Positions 39,872-52,692 of a stretch of DNA of 64,000 nucleotides are shown here, piece by piece (the stretch's first letter is position 1; every line of letters begins with the position of its first letter). The position numbers were made by a program, and so were the translations under genes. Source of the DNA: Cirrosporium novae-zelandiae. Taxonomy: Eukaryota. Where the stretch lies: the NCBI GenBank assembly GCA_026023565.1, contig JAPETS010000046.1, positions 1 through 64,000 on the forward strand, in the 5' to 3' direction. A model generated the notes under the pieces. That model was given only the letters and a program-made list of their open reading frames with translations, was not told the origin of the DNA and did no database searches.

Positions 39872-41728
39872 ATGGAAAAGTCAGAGACCTATTCTAGTAT
39901 ACTACAGACTGAGCAACTTCTGACATCAGCAGCCAAGAGTCCATCTGTAGTCCATCATGGTGCGGTGTATCGCAAGAGCGAGTCGAGCAAAACGAAACAC
40001 TTTGTCACGATCTGGCTGCCGCTCGTTGCACATATCGTGCTCTGCATCTTAGTGGCCTTGCTCGTTACCCTGAAACTGGATGGATATATGGCCCTCGCAC
40101 ACAAGGAGCAGAGTCGACGCCAGCCCAATGGACACTATGTCTTCCGCGTCTCCGACATCACGAGCCTGCTATCCGCCGCCACCATGATCATCGACTTCTT
40201 CGGCGGCATATGGATAGGCATCACCACCTGGCGGTGCGCCTTCATCCTCCTAGAAAACAATGGTCTGAAAGTGAAACATCTCTCTGAGATCTTAGGGGGT
40301 CTGCCGCCCCAAAAGTGGCCGCGAGGACTAGAGTGGCTCGTTACAATAGTGCTGCTGTGCATCCTTCCGCAACAATTCATAGAGCCACTGATCTCTGGCA
40401 GCGTAAACTGGAACGCTGCGACGACGAACGGCCAGCCGGTGCAAGTCCAAAGTGGAGCGGACTCAGCGGCCTCCTCCGACTGGTATTGGTATCTAGCCCA
40501 AGAGACTACCAGGAAGATTTACGCCCGTCGAGCAGCCGGTCTAGCAAGCATCGCCTGGAGCGTCAGCGATGCTCAGGAGACGAATAACAGCAGCAGAAAT
40601 TTCTTAGGCGGTGTCAGCTGTAGGCATGTCATGTCAAGTCGGATGCCCGTCAACTCGACGCTGATGAATGCGACGATCCCCTGCATCGAAATCCACAACA
40701 TTATTTGGCCGGTTGGAGATGTTCCCAGCGATGTCTGGGAGGCCGCGAGCTCGAACTCCCAGAACCTGAGTCTCGTTGGCGACAGCCCTTTTTCATACTA
40801 TCAGTCTGGAGTGGCGGTTTTGTTCAGTCGCGCCGAACCTATATGGAATACTCCAGGGACAGTGGCAATAAATCAGTCGGCGCAAATGGCTGCATTTCCC
40901 GAAGCGACTATTTTTAGGGGCAACATGACCGTCATAATGTTAGTCGATCGGCAGAAAACCACCAATTGCAAGCCCATCGCGGGGAACGCATTCGGCAACT
41001 CGTCGTATACCACAAAGCATGTGCAAAATTTGATGAATCTCGGGAACGCGTACGATGAAAACTGTCTGACTTATGGCACAGTCCACTTCACTGCCGGCGT
41101 CATCCACGCACCGACCAGCAAATATATCTCTGCGCAGGTCGTCGAGGTCGATCCTAATAGCAAAGAACCAGACGGAGGGCGTGCGTATCTCAGTACGGAA
41201 AATATCACGACGGCCATCGAGCCCTCCATCTGGACTAGAGAGGCGCTATGGCTGATGCCAGATATCATGACATCCATTGCCGTGATGAACACTTCCTCCA
41301 TCCCGACGTGGGAGAATCTGGATGGTTACACTGCGACGCTGATACGCCATGCCTATCTTGCTAATTGGGACATGCTTCATGCGTGGTTTGAGCAGAATGA
41401 TACCACCCTAATGACAGCTTTACCGGCACAGCAACGACTCCGAGCATCGGTGTCATTTGTGCAACTATTTTCCTGGCTTGGCGTGACTTTCCTCCTGCCG
41501 CTGAGCGGCATTCTAATCAGGTACATGCAAACGAAATATTGCAGGCGTGGCATGATTGTTGATAACGTCGCGGTACTGCTCACAGATCCGTCGGGAGTAG
41601 TAAAGAAGCATCCAGACATGACAGGGTTAAGCACTATTACGGGAAAAGACAAGAAGATGAGACCCATGGTCCTGGAGCAAGTTGAGAAAGGAGAGCCTCG
41701 GTTTAGGCTCAGTTTCAAGCCGAAATGA
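39872..41728 (+). CDS. Uncharacterised multi-pass membrane glycoprotein, 618 aa, intronless
   Basis: Long ORF; 3 hydrophobic segments near the N-terminus, a large luminal region with many NxS/T sites, 1 TM near the C-terminus. Confidence 0.8.
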   Translation: MEKSETYSSILQTEQLLTSAAKSPSVVHHGAVYRKSESSKTKHFVTIWLPLVAHIVLCILVALLVTLKLDGYMALAHKEQSRRQPNGHYVFRVSDITSLLSAATMIIDFFGGIWIGITTWRCAFILLENNGLKVKHLSEILGGLPPQKWPRGLEWLVTIVLLCILPQQFIEPLISGSVNWNAATTNGQPVQVQSGADSAASSDWYWYLAQETTRKIYARRAAGLASIAWSVSDAQETNNSSRNFLGGVSCRHVMSSRMPVNSTLMNATIPCIEIHNIIWPVGDVPSDVWEAASSNSQNLSLVGDSPFSYYQSGVAVLFSRAEPIWNTPGTVAINQSAQMAAFPEATIFRGNMTVIMLVDRQKTTNCKPIAGNAFGNSSYTTKHVQNLMNLGNAYDENCLTYGTVHFTAGVIHAPTSKYISAQVVEVDPNSKEPDGGRAYLSTENITTAIEPSIWTREALWLMPDIMTSIAVMNTSSIPTWENLDGYTATLIRHAYLANWDMLHAWFEQNDTTLMTALPAQQRLRASVSFVQLFSWLGVTFLLPLSGILIRYMQTKYCRRGMIVDNVAVLLTDPSGVVKKHPDMTGLSTITGKDKKMRPMVLEQVEKGEPRFRLSFKPK

Positions 41729-42987
41729 TAGAGGATGAAAATAACTGTTGAACGTATCAAGGTCCGGGGTATGTCAAATATTTCTAGTCCGAGCTTGGGA
41801 ATAATTCTCTCAGGAAGCGCGCAGATCGAATATTGCTTTTCTCTAATCTAGTGTATGGTGATCCAAAGAGGTTTTCCGGACCTCATAGTGGTCTTGTTGC
41901 TTTTGCGTATAATATAATCGAGGGATTTGCAAATGGGATATATTTGATTCTAATAATGGAGAAAAGTGTGGATAAACGCGGGGATTGTGTAACAAACCGG
42001 CCAACTGCAAAGTATAGATATTGAGACTAGGAAGTCTCAGTACAAGTCTCAATTGGTGCCTCGTCTGTACTTTAGTAGAATGTTCAGCGGAATGCTCAGT
42101 AGGGCGAATATTCAGGCCTCAAGCATGATGTCTAGTCAAGGAACTGTCATGGAATTCAAGCTATTTACCCGCGATTCCTTATCATGCTTATCTTATTCAT
42201 CCGAGCTCCTATTTCAATTATCGAACATGTGTTATATTTGTTGCTGCACTCTGCACCAACAACGAGATAAAATCAATAGAGGCGGAAAATATTAATGAAA
42301 AGCAAGGACAACGTTGTTAAATGGGTCCTTGACATGCGGTTGATTTATATGATTTGTGTACAAAGTAGGGCTGTCGTTAGAAGGTGAGCGACCAATTATG
42401 TTTATGCCCTATGTCTGAGCTAAGCCGAAAAGGGGAACTTTATACGCATCGGTCTTTATGCATTTTCCGTTCTCGTCTGGGCGTTCCACAACACTGTTAA
42501 TGACATTATTGAAAACGCTTGGCTTTTAGTATGTCAGTAGTATTAAGAAACGGTCTTTAGTTTAAATATGTCCTTGATCCACAATGAGCTGCTATCTTGC
42601 AGAGTAGATGGATATGTCATCCGTTTATTTACTTATTGTTACCCTTATCAATGACTCCACCAATTTCTAACGTCAAGAATTGACAAACTCATACATGGTT
42701 TCTTGCCCTAGCGGAAAATTCCAGTCCTTATAGATACACCTGTAAGGTGCCTAAAGATAGAAAATTTCCCTAGGTTGGTTATTCATCAATGAGGCCGATT
42801 GTCGGCGTTGCGCAGAACTTCGATGGCCTGTCTCGTTTGGTAGCTTTTGGTAGAATGATGACCATCGAAGTTGCAAATTTATTGTGCTGACTTGCTTTGC
42901 AAAGACTTTGCCAATCAACCACTCTATCAGGCTTTCGGCTTGTAAGCAGTCACCGATCAGGTGTAAACGTCTCCCGAATTGACTACG

Positions 42988-44460
42988 ATGCCTCCAGACA
43001 CACATACGGTTGGAGAAAAGTCCCCTTCACCGCTCAACCAGTCATTAGCCAATTCGATTGTCATTGATTTTGATGACCCGAAAGATTTTCCAGATGGTGG
43101 ATGGGAGGCATGGGGAGTTGCTTTGGGTGCCTGGTGTGCATTGGTGCCTACATTTGGCCTTCTCAATACCATTGGCATCCTGCAGGCCTGGTTATCGACT
43201 CACCAACTTGAAGGAAGTTCAGAAGCTCGTGTAGGATGGATTTTTAGTATTTTTACTTTCTTCTTTTATTTTGGAGGAGTCCAAGTTGGTAAGACTATAA
43301 ACTGAACGTGGCCGTGAGTGAGATATTGAATTCCCTGAAAGCTAACCTAGTGGTAACCAGGGCCTATATTTGATGCATATGGTCTTAAATATGTGATCAT
43401 TCCTGGCTGCATTGGGCTGGTCGCCTCAATAATGATATTGAGTGTAGCTCAAGGTTCGTAGCAGTCCAATCCCTACAGTTTCTTCATTATCTTGAGATGG
43501 AATCTATCCTGAAAAATAAGATAATGATGGGCTAATATATGCCTATTGATAGAGTACTATCAATTCATTTTGGGATTTGGAATCTTGGGTGGAATCTCTG
43601 CATCAATGATCTTCACACCAAGCGTTGCTGCTGTTGGCCACTGGTTCCTCAAACGTCGCGCATTGGCTACAGGACTGGCAGCGACAGCAGGCAGCTTTGG
43701 CGGTATTATTTTCCCAGTTCTCGTGCTCATGCTTGCACCAAAGATCGGGTTTGGGTGGGCCATTCGTGCCATGGGCCTTATTTGCGCTGTATTTTGTATC
43801 CTTGCTGTTGTGCTGCTGAAAACAAGGCTTCCACCAAATACGAAAGGTGGTGCTACCATAGACTTGAGTGCACTAAAAGATGCACGCTTTGCTTTTACTA
43901 CCATGGGCATCTTTCTTGTTGAATTGGCCATTTTCGTCCCAATTACGTACCTTACTTCATATGGGCTGTCAAAGAATATGGGTGAGAGGCTGGCATATCT
44001 GTTGATTGCCATCCTGAGCGGTGGTTCTGTTTTGGGGCGCAGTATACCTGGGTATATTGCTGATAGATGGGGGCGCTTCAACGTGATGATCATCACGACC
44101 TTTGCCTGCGCAGCATTAATGTTAATTCTCTGGCTGATGGCGGGAGCAAACCTTGTTGCTATTATTATGTTCGCTGTCCTATTTGGCTTCTGGAGTGGTT
44201 CTGGAATTAGCTTGACTCCGGTCTGTGTGGCTCAAATCTGCAAGACTGAGGATTATGGAAAGCGGTATGGAACAACGTATGTCATAGTGAGCTTTGGTGT
44301 CTTGATAGGTATACCCATTGCTGGAGAAATCTTGAATAGTCAGGGTGGTGATTATTCTGGCTTGATCATTTTTGGTGGAACGGTGTACCTGGCATCTACA
44401 GTGGCTTTTATCATTGCCCGAGGATTAGCAGGAGGATGGAAGCTTTCCAAAATATACTGA
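42988..44460 (+). CDS. MFS monocarboxylate-porter family transporter (Mch-like; 3 exons)
   Basis: FPDGGWEAW, GPIFDAYG, VGHWFLKRRALATGLA..GSFGG, GRSIPGYIADRWGRFN, DYGKRYG. Confidence 0.93.
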
Positions 44461-44806
44461 CCTAAAATAGATTAAAGGAAACTTATTAGATAGATAGTCT
44501 AGTAGATGATTTTATATGGTTATGAGAATCATAGGCTCATGATTGGAGTCATGGTTTTCAGCTCTGGTAATTAATTACGGTAATTTTTGGGAGTTGTGTT
44601 TCAAGGAAAATTCATAAAATACACAACATACGCATCTGGCATCTGACGTAGGTCGAACTACCCCACACTCTTCTTTGAATCGTCACAGAAGATATTCAGA
44701 GCAATATTTCCAGCAACACCCCACTTCTGAGCCATATTTGAATAGTCCCATTCTTGCACATCACTTGTTCACTTGTTCTATTACAGCTGTCTGTAGCTCC
44801 ATCAAG

Positions 44807-46893
44807 ATGTTCAAAAAAAAGCCAATTGTTGGATCCTTCGAACCGATCCTTTACGAGCTTGGAAAACTGACCTATCCCAAAGATTAAACCACTTTCACCA
44901 TTGCGATCTTCAGACCGTCGAAGGGTCGCTGATCAGATCATTGCCGATTTTACAATCGATGTACCCTCTCCAGCTCCTGCTGAGCCTACTGGCGATCCTA
45001 CAACAAACGCCCCGCCTGCTATTACGATTTCCACAATTCGCAATCAATTACTACCCGATTCCTCTCTATCCGCGAGATTTACCACCACAGCTGGGCCTGA
45101 TCTCAAGCAGGTCTCAGGAACAATATATGTTGGAGCACATCCCGGAGAGGAGCAAAGAGTGTTATGGGTGAAGATAAATGAAAGAATATACCCCACTGGT
45201 TAGGAGACCAATATTTCAACATTAAATATAGATCTAATATTCGGAATTTAGTATATACGCTATGGCACAACCCTCGGCTAGTTCCTTTATTATTTACTCC
45301 CTCCTTTGTGATGCAGAAACTTCATGGTGGGGCAGACCTTATGACTCCAGGTCTAGCAGGACCCCCATTCCCCGAAACAGCAAAGAAAGGGGCCACTGTG
45401 GCCGTTGCAACTATAGAGAATCCTTCTGTTCCACTTTTTGTGGGCACGTGTGAAATTGACATTAGCTCTCTACAAAATGTACGAGGTGCAAAGGGACGTG
45501 CTGTCCGAGGCGTCCATTGGGAAGGTGATGAGCTATGGTCATGGAGCTCTTCAGGGAAGCCAGGAGGTGTCGTGCCGGATTCCTTGGAGGGCTGGTTACC
45601 GTCAGAGAGTAATCAAGTCATGGAGGATATACAAAAATTACAAATCACAGACGAGGAGGAGGAACAGGATGGGGGTGTTTCCTTGAATGTAGGGGCAACC
45701 AGTACTGGAAAGCAGGTCACACATGAAGCACATGATGATATAGCAGAAACAGTTGAGATAGAACCTCTTTCAACAAAAGGTATTAAGCTGCAATATCCCT
45801 CCTAGAGTCCTCTAACGAGTTCCCAGAAATCGACGACATCTTCCACAAGGCTTTTCTCTACTCCATCCACCAAGCCAAAACCTCTCACCCTACACAGCAA
45901 AACCACGGAATTGACTTTCCAATTCCTCAATCCCTTTTCATCTCAAATTTTGTGATGCCCTTCCTTCCGGCCATTCACCCGTCTCAGCTCTCCTCGCTGC
46001 ATATCAAAAAGACAAGCTGGAAAAATGCAAAGAAATTCATCAAGCACCTTGACAAAAACAAACTCATCAAATCCAAAGACCGCGGAGGTGAGGCCGTCAT
46101 CATAGACATTGACTTTGAGGACTCTGAAATAAAAGACTTTACGCCCTACCGCCTACCAAAGAAAGAAACTCGTGGAGCTGATGAGGGCGGCGGCAAAGGA
46201 TCTTCAGCAAGATCTCCAGGAGCAGACATCTCGGTCGGCCAACAGCTCAAAAAGCTAAATCTTTACCGCCCGAAGGAAAAGCTTTCATCCCTCTTCAAAG
46301 CGGCCAAGGCAGACCCAAAAGCCTACTACCTTGCCTCTGAGATCCGACCCGTTGTAACCACGTACTTTGAATCCGAAAATCTTGTTTCTCTATCCAATAA
46401 ACGCTACATAAAAATCGACCCCATCTTCGCCAACGCCGTCTTCGACGGGTCCTCCGCCATGGACAACGACATCATCTCTCGCGGCCTAGTCACTCGTGAC
46501 ACATTGGTCGACCGGGTCCTGCAGCACTGCAACTCCTTCTACGCAATCCTCCGCAACGACGAGACCCTCGAATCCACCAAACCAAAACCAGGACACGGAC
46601 CCAAGGTCCAAATCCTGCTAGAAACACGATCAGGGAATAAAACCGTTACAAAGGTGAGCGGGTTAGAGGTCTTCTATATCAGTCCCGCGACCCTATCCGA
46701 GGAACTCCAGAAGAGCTGTGCGAGTAGCACGAGTGTTAGTCAGCTAGTTGGGAGCAGCCCGAAGAACCCGGTTATGGAGGTTATGGTGCAGGGGCCACAG
46801 AAGGCAAATGTGCTGAGTGCGTTGGAGAAGCGAGGTGTGAGGAAAGAATGGGTGGATGTAGTGGATAAGACGAAGGGGAAGAAGGGGAGATAG
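44807..46893 (+). CDS. TMA64: Translation factor eIF2D/ligatin (PUA + SWIB + SUI1 domains; multi-exon)
   Basis: MFKKKP|IKPLSPLRSSDRRR; YPTVYTLW; KLHGGADLMTPG; IKKTSWKNAKKF; SUI1 domain RSGNKTVTKVSGLE..LQKSCASSTSV..EVMVQG. Confidence 0.92.
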
Positions 46894-47084
46894 GGGTACA
46901 GTGGGGGGAGGATGGTATCGTTAGGTGCACGCATAGCATGGACTGGACCGAACTGGATATGAAGGGGACAGTATTACATATGTACGTCAGTGAATCAATC
47001 ATGCCATTATGAATAAATGATTAAAAAATGAACCCTTTCAAAATCCCAAAAATACAGCCCAACCCGAATCCAAACCCGAATCCA

Positions 47085-47790
47085 ATCCGGGAGAAATTAA
47101 TTCTTGAATATAAGAACCGTTGTATATATATTAATATATTGACACTCACTCCATCGCTCTTCAAATCGTTATATCTTCATTCTTCCACCTCCCCCAGCAC
47201 CCGACATCACATCTGTAACCACCCTTTACCCTTTATCCCTTACCACTGCCCGCATAGCTCCTATTCTCATCTCGACTTCTAGGTGCATAACAACTAATTA
47301 CCCCCCTTCGTTCGTCCTCGCTCTCACCACCCTCCTACATCCAACATTCCAACACCCCAACTCCCTCAAACGTACAATACCATACCATGGTAGTACTAAA
47401 ACTAAAATTCTTCCAACCTTTCCAATTTCTTTTAAAAAAAACAATTTAATCTAACGCTCTCCATTTCTAAATTCAATCCAAGAGAGACTAAACAATTCTT
47501 ACATATAAAAACCGTTGCACATATATATTAACATCTATTCTCTCTTTCATCCTATCTTCAAGTCGTCATATCTTCATCCCTCCACCTCCACCCCCCGGCA
47601 TCCAACATCCAACATCCAACATCACATCTCCAACCACCCTTTATCCCCTTTATACCCTTTACCCCTCACCGCTACCCATATCGTATAGCCCCCGCTCTCC
47701 ACTCCTTCTCCTTCATCTATAACAAGCTCTACCATCGCTCTCACCCTCCAAACCTACAATATCATATCATGCCATCGTAGTGCTAAAACC
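47085..47790. repeat. Diverged tandem duplication, period ~395 bp
   Basis: AACCGTTG..TATATTAA..TCTTCAARTCGTYATATCTTCAT..TCCACCTCC..CATCACATCT..AACCACCCTTTA..CCATSGTAGTRCTAAAAC at ~47115 and ~47510. Confidence 0.8.
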
Positions 47791-49657
47791 CCCACACCCC
47801 TCCAACTCCTCTCAACTTAATCTGCTCCCTAAAAATCTCAATCCCGCATAAATAATCCTTTCTACTCCTACTTCCATTTCTACCTCCACTCTTCCACTCC
47901 TACGTCTACTTCCTACCCTTCTATTTCTCCTTCCACTTTTCCTATTCTTTTATTTTATTATTATGATTTAGGGTTTATACTTCATACCAAGCAAGTGTGC
48001 GAGTGTTGCGAGTGTGCGAAATGGTTCGAGTATGATAGTAATAGTGGTATTGGTAGTGGAGTGGTAGTAGTTGGAAGAATTGTTAGAGGGGGATCGTTAG
48101 CTTTTTGTAAAAGGAAGGGAACGTGAGGAGGATGGGAGGGAGGGAAGGAAGGGAAGGGGGGTTGAGTTGAGTTGGGTTGGATTAGACTAACGTGGTATGA
48201 TGTATGTGGTGTGTGTGGCATTTGGAAGCAGAAGTAGAAGGTATACCATCCCATCCTCTTTCATCCTCTTTTTATCCATCAACTCTCCACTCCTCTCATC
48301 TCACCTACTTCCATCCCCCTTCATCCCCCTTCATCCACCAAAAGATCTACCTGCTACCTACTTCCTTACTTACCCAACCACCCAACCAACCAACCAAAAA
48401 TAAAAAAACAAAAAAACAAAAAATGGTTATAGTTATGCTATAGGAAATACGTAAGGAGGAATGGGGAGGGAGGAAAGGGAGGAAAGGGAGGAAGATTAGG
48501 GGTGGGGTGGGGGGTGAATAAGTGAGTGATGTGTATATGTATATGCTGAACCAATGAGAAGGGGTGAGAAGGGGTGAGAAGGGGTGAGAAGGAAGAGCAA
48601 GGAGGGATTGAAGAGTAGCCCTGAATGTTCCCCCCCTTTCCCCCTTTCCCCCTTTTTCGAGTTTCGGTTTTTATATTTTATTTTTCACCTTTTTATTCTT
48701 GGAACCCTCTAATTATGTCCCATATCCCATATCTCATATCTCATTGTCCAGGATAATCATCTCTTTGTTTATTGATGTGTCAGGTGGATATAAGAGTGGA
48801 TAGAAGAAGAAAAAAAACTGAAACTGAGGGAAAGGGAAAGGGAAAGGGAATAATAGTAACTTTATTCCATTATTCCTTTATTTCTGTGTTTCTTAACTCT
48901 TTTTTTTATTTTGAAGGGTGGTTGGAGAGGGGGGGGGGGGAACGGGGGATGGGTGTGGATTAGTCGACCAATGAGTCTATCTATTGCTTTTGGTTTTGAT
49001 CTTGTTATTGCCATCGAAAGAGCAGTTCAACGCTATAGCTACAACTATAACTACGCCTTATCCCATGTCTATCTCTATTCCCATACCTATCTCTATTCCC
49101 ATCCCCCCCCAACCCCCCCAAAGTAGATAAATAAATCTCCCTCTCCATCTATCCATCCATCTCTCAATCCCTCCATTCTTCCTTCCTCTCTTCAGTTCAA
49201 CCCAATTCAATTGAACCTAATCCACTAAATTAACCATAAACAGAGTTAGGGAGAGGAGATTAGGAATAGGGCTTAGAAGTCTCACGTTCCACGCTTAAGT
49301 AAAATAAAATAAAATCAAACTCAGGGGAAATTTCATTTTTGTATGTTTGTATTTTTGTTTTTAATTGCTAGTTTTAGTGCTAGGGGTATGTAGTATTTTG
49401 TTGTTTAGCACGTATTCCATTCTGTGTCTTCGTTTGTGCTTTTTGCTGTTGCTGAGAGTGATGAGGGGGGGGAAGGGACATAGCTGAGATGGGCGGTTTC
49501 AAAAAAGGCTGTCACTTTGCTTTTTTTTGTCTGAGATGTGATGAGAGGTCCTATTTAATTTCTTAGTATGGAGCTCTCATGAAAATAGAAGGGAATGGGT
49601 GGGGGCATACCTCTCCCAATCCCTCCCTTCCTCCCTTCTCCAGAAGGAAACCTCCCA

Positions 49658-50092
49658 CTACTCCCCCTCAATCAACCCCCCCGGAACCTCAACCCCATGC
49701 AGCCCCAACTCCTCCAAAAACGCCTCCTTCGCCCCTCCCACCCCAAACGTAAACCTCAACACCGACCCCTTACACCTCAAAAACCTTCCATGCTCCTCCT
49801 GAACCATAGCCGCCGAAACATCATTTCTCCAGTTATGGAAATCCATGTTGCGGTACCAGCGGAAGGTGTGGTCGATCCATTGGTGGATTTCGGGGAGGTA
49901 GGCGGTGTGATTTGGGGAGCGCAGGAGGGCCATGCTTATTAGTTGTTTGTAAGTGTAGGGCGGGATTCGGGCGGAAAAGTGCCAAAGGGGGATGGGGGGC
50001 ATGGAGATGGGTGGAGGGGGTTGGAGGGTGGCCCAGTCGATGGGGAAGGGGAGGTCGTAGGTGGGGCGGAAGGTGACGTGGGTGGAAGACAT
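49658..50092 (-). CDS. Small stand-alone divergent forkhead (winged-helix) domain protein, 144 aa
   Basis: IPPYTYKQLISMALLRSPNHTAYLPEIHQWIDHTFRWYR..NWRNDV matches forkhead KPPYSY..LI.MAI..SP...LTL.EIY.WI..TF.YY...WQNSI. Confidence 0.7.
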   Translation of the reverse strand: MSSTHVTFRPTYDLPFPIDWATLQPPPPISMPPIPLWHFSARIPPYTYKQLISMALLRSPNHTAYLPEIHQWIDHTFRWYRNMDFHNWRNDVSAAMVQEEHGRFLRCKGSVLRFTFGVGGAKEAFLEELGLHGVEVPGGLIEGE

Positions 50093-50809
50093 GGTTCGTG
50101 CTGGTGGTGGGTGAGGTTTGAGAGGAGGGTGAGGTTGGATGGTAATGTGGCTGAACTTGGAGGAGCTTTAGCTCTGAGGTTTATGCCTCTCGAGTGCGTG
50201 CTGATTTGCTTGAGGCTGAGATAGGTGAATTGAAGGGATGTTGATTGGAAGTATGGATTGAATCAATAGCAATTGAAGCTGGTTGCTGTAGTTGACTGAC
50301 TGATACTGACCAGGTGCCGCCGTCAGAGATATCAATGTCATGTACAACCACTAGATAGAAGGTTGAATATCGAGTGTATGTGATACTCTTCGCTGTTCTT
50401 GGCTTTATTTCTCTTCAATCAAGTCTCACATCTCTGTGAAGATTTTATTTTGTGGTTGGCATAGCAGTAGCTTTAACACCCAGTTGTTGTTTCTCCGCTC
50501 GACGTGTATAGGGTTCAAACCTCTAGCAAAGGTTGTGTTGTCCAGCAGTCCATTCACTATGGTGTTAGGAGCTATATTGATCCGGACCTTCTCGTTGATA
50601 GAAAGTGATGGAAATATAAAATTGGATAGACGCTGAGAGTTACTGGGAGCTGTGGTCATTTCACTGTAAGCATATACATACCAGAGCAAATCCCAACGTT
50701 TGACTCCATAATCCAATCGAATTTCTTACCTTATATGACAACCAGCCGCAATAGAAGATACAGCTCAGTCATTTGATATTGATATTTCTTTTCCTTATAC
50801 ATAAAATAA

Positions 50810-51848
50810 ATCTCCTTTGTTCAACAGGCTTCCTAAAGAGCAGCGCCCCCACCTATCCGCATTCGTCCTAGAGTATGGCAATATATCCAAGCCTTATGAT
50901 GAGTACACATATTACTGCCAACCAGGTTTCCGGTACACACAATGTATTGATATCGACCTTCTGCTCACCTACAAGAGAAAATACATAAAAGATCTCTTTA
51001 GATAACACATTCTCAATGAGTAGGAATTTTGGGGCACTTGGCGCTCACCGCCAGGCCAAATATTTACTATGGATTATGTTGTCCAAGGACAGATCAAGAA
51101 GGGAACTCCGGACCCAAGAGAACCAATCCGACACCTGTATCTGTTCATGGGGTAGGAAGAGCTTGCAGAAAACCTGGTCAAATCCTCTTGATATACCTAT
51201 TCGTGAATTTGGCAAGATTGACCATCACCATCCCCCTCATGGATTGGTGCTATTAAGAGAAAGACAATTTCAAAGCCCAGTACACTGATCCGTGAGGTAG
51301 ATGCAATGTGATGGATGGGGCCCATGTGCTAGGGGCCATCAGCTGGAATTTCTGTCTAACCTCAGGATGCTCGGGATGACCGTCAAGATTCTAGTGAAGA
51401 GGGGAAGCTCCTAAATAGTTGGCTCCTTAGTGCGGCTAAGGGATGGAAGTTTTGAGTCTGTCGTGACGAGACCTTGGAGTTGGACGATTGCAATACCGAA
51501 CAGTCTTACTAGAACAGTCCTGCAACGACCACGGATGGATTAGAAAGCTGGGCCATCGGAGTTGGGTACGATGAAATTGAAATGCGTCGAGAATGGGTAG
51601 CTAGTAGGAACAACAGCATCGAAGACATTGAAGCAGAAAAATATCCAGTTTCGATATATCCCGAAGCCGTCTCTTTAGAGTTTCGATTACTACATTTTAA
51701 GACTGACCTAACGCCAACAAATATGCTCATCCAATCCAAGGAAAGACCGAGAGTTGTGGGTAGCTACAAGCATGGTTTAGCATATCAGTGCATGCTTATG
51801 CGTTTTGAGGAGTCGGACAAGGAAGAAGATGACGATACTCCACCCTAA
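50810..51848 (+). pseudogene. Possible degenerate gene relic with an F-box-like start
   Basis: LFNRLPKEQR..AFVLEY resembles the fungal F..LP.E.R motif; only broken short ORFs follow. Confidence 0.25.
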
Positions 51849-52692
51849 AAGTCTTGTTATGATAAGAACATTAAATAAGTGAGCAATACTCTAATGTCTT
51901 CGAGCCCTTTCTTCAGCATAGCCAGATCCCATCCCTTAGGTCTAAGGGCATTAACCCTAGTCCGAGGAATGTTCGATGAGCACAACAGAATTGGATATAC
52001 AAAAAAACACCATCGGTTTGATAAGATGAATGCAAGTCGGAAAAACATAAATTGGATAAACGGGGTAATTACGTCATAATAGAATAATGATGATTATCAA
52101 AACATCTCACCTTGGCATAGATCCAAAGTATGGAAAAGTAGATGGCGAATAAGCCAATACTAACAACCATATTACCACACCTTGTCGTTCTAACTTGAGA
52201 GCTCGTTGGATGCCATCAAGCAAATCAATAACCATAAGGCCATCTCACGAAGCCATAATAAAGAACAAATATATTCAATGGCTTGGCATTTTGCCCCTAA
52301 TTAATTTGACCCAAGTTTACTAGTCCAAGTTGTAACAAGAGCAGGATTATGAACTTACAAATGATTGGGAATCACGATAATATATCTACGCACAAATAAT
52401 TAATCAGTTGTGAAATACTTGTGCAACCTACGGAGTAATGCTTCCGTTTCTGGTTAGATATATCTCTTGCTGTTCTAAATTACCAACAATTCTTTTCAAA
52501 CCAACAAAGAATTACTTCAATACCGGCAAACAAACTAGGACTTGGATGCTTTAGGATTTTGTGTTACATTGGAGTTCCCAAGAATATCCAAACGTTTCCA
52601 AAATGAGAATTGTTATCATAAACCCTATTGGTACAATGGAATCCTTCCATGAGCGTTAGGCATCACCATCACGATATGTTTCCTCTGAAATA

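Noticed and set aside
38034..39873. Short ORFs between the HeLo-like gene and the membrane protein gene
   Set aside because: No domain signal; probably non-coding or heavily decayed
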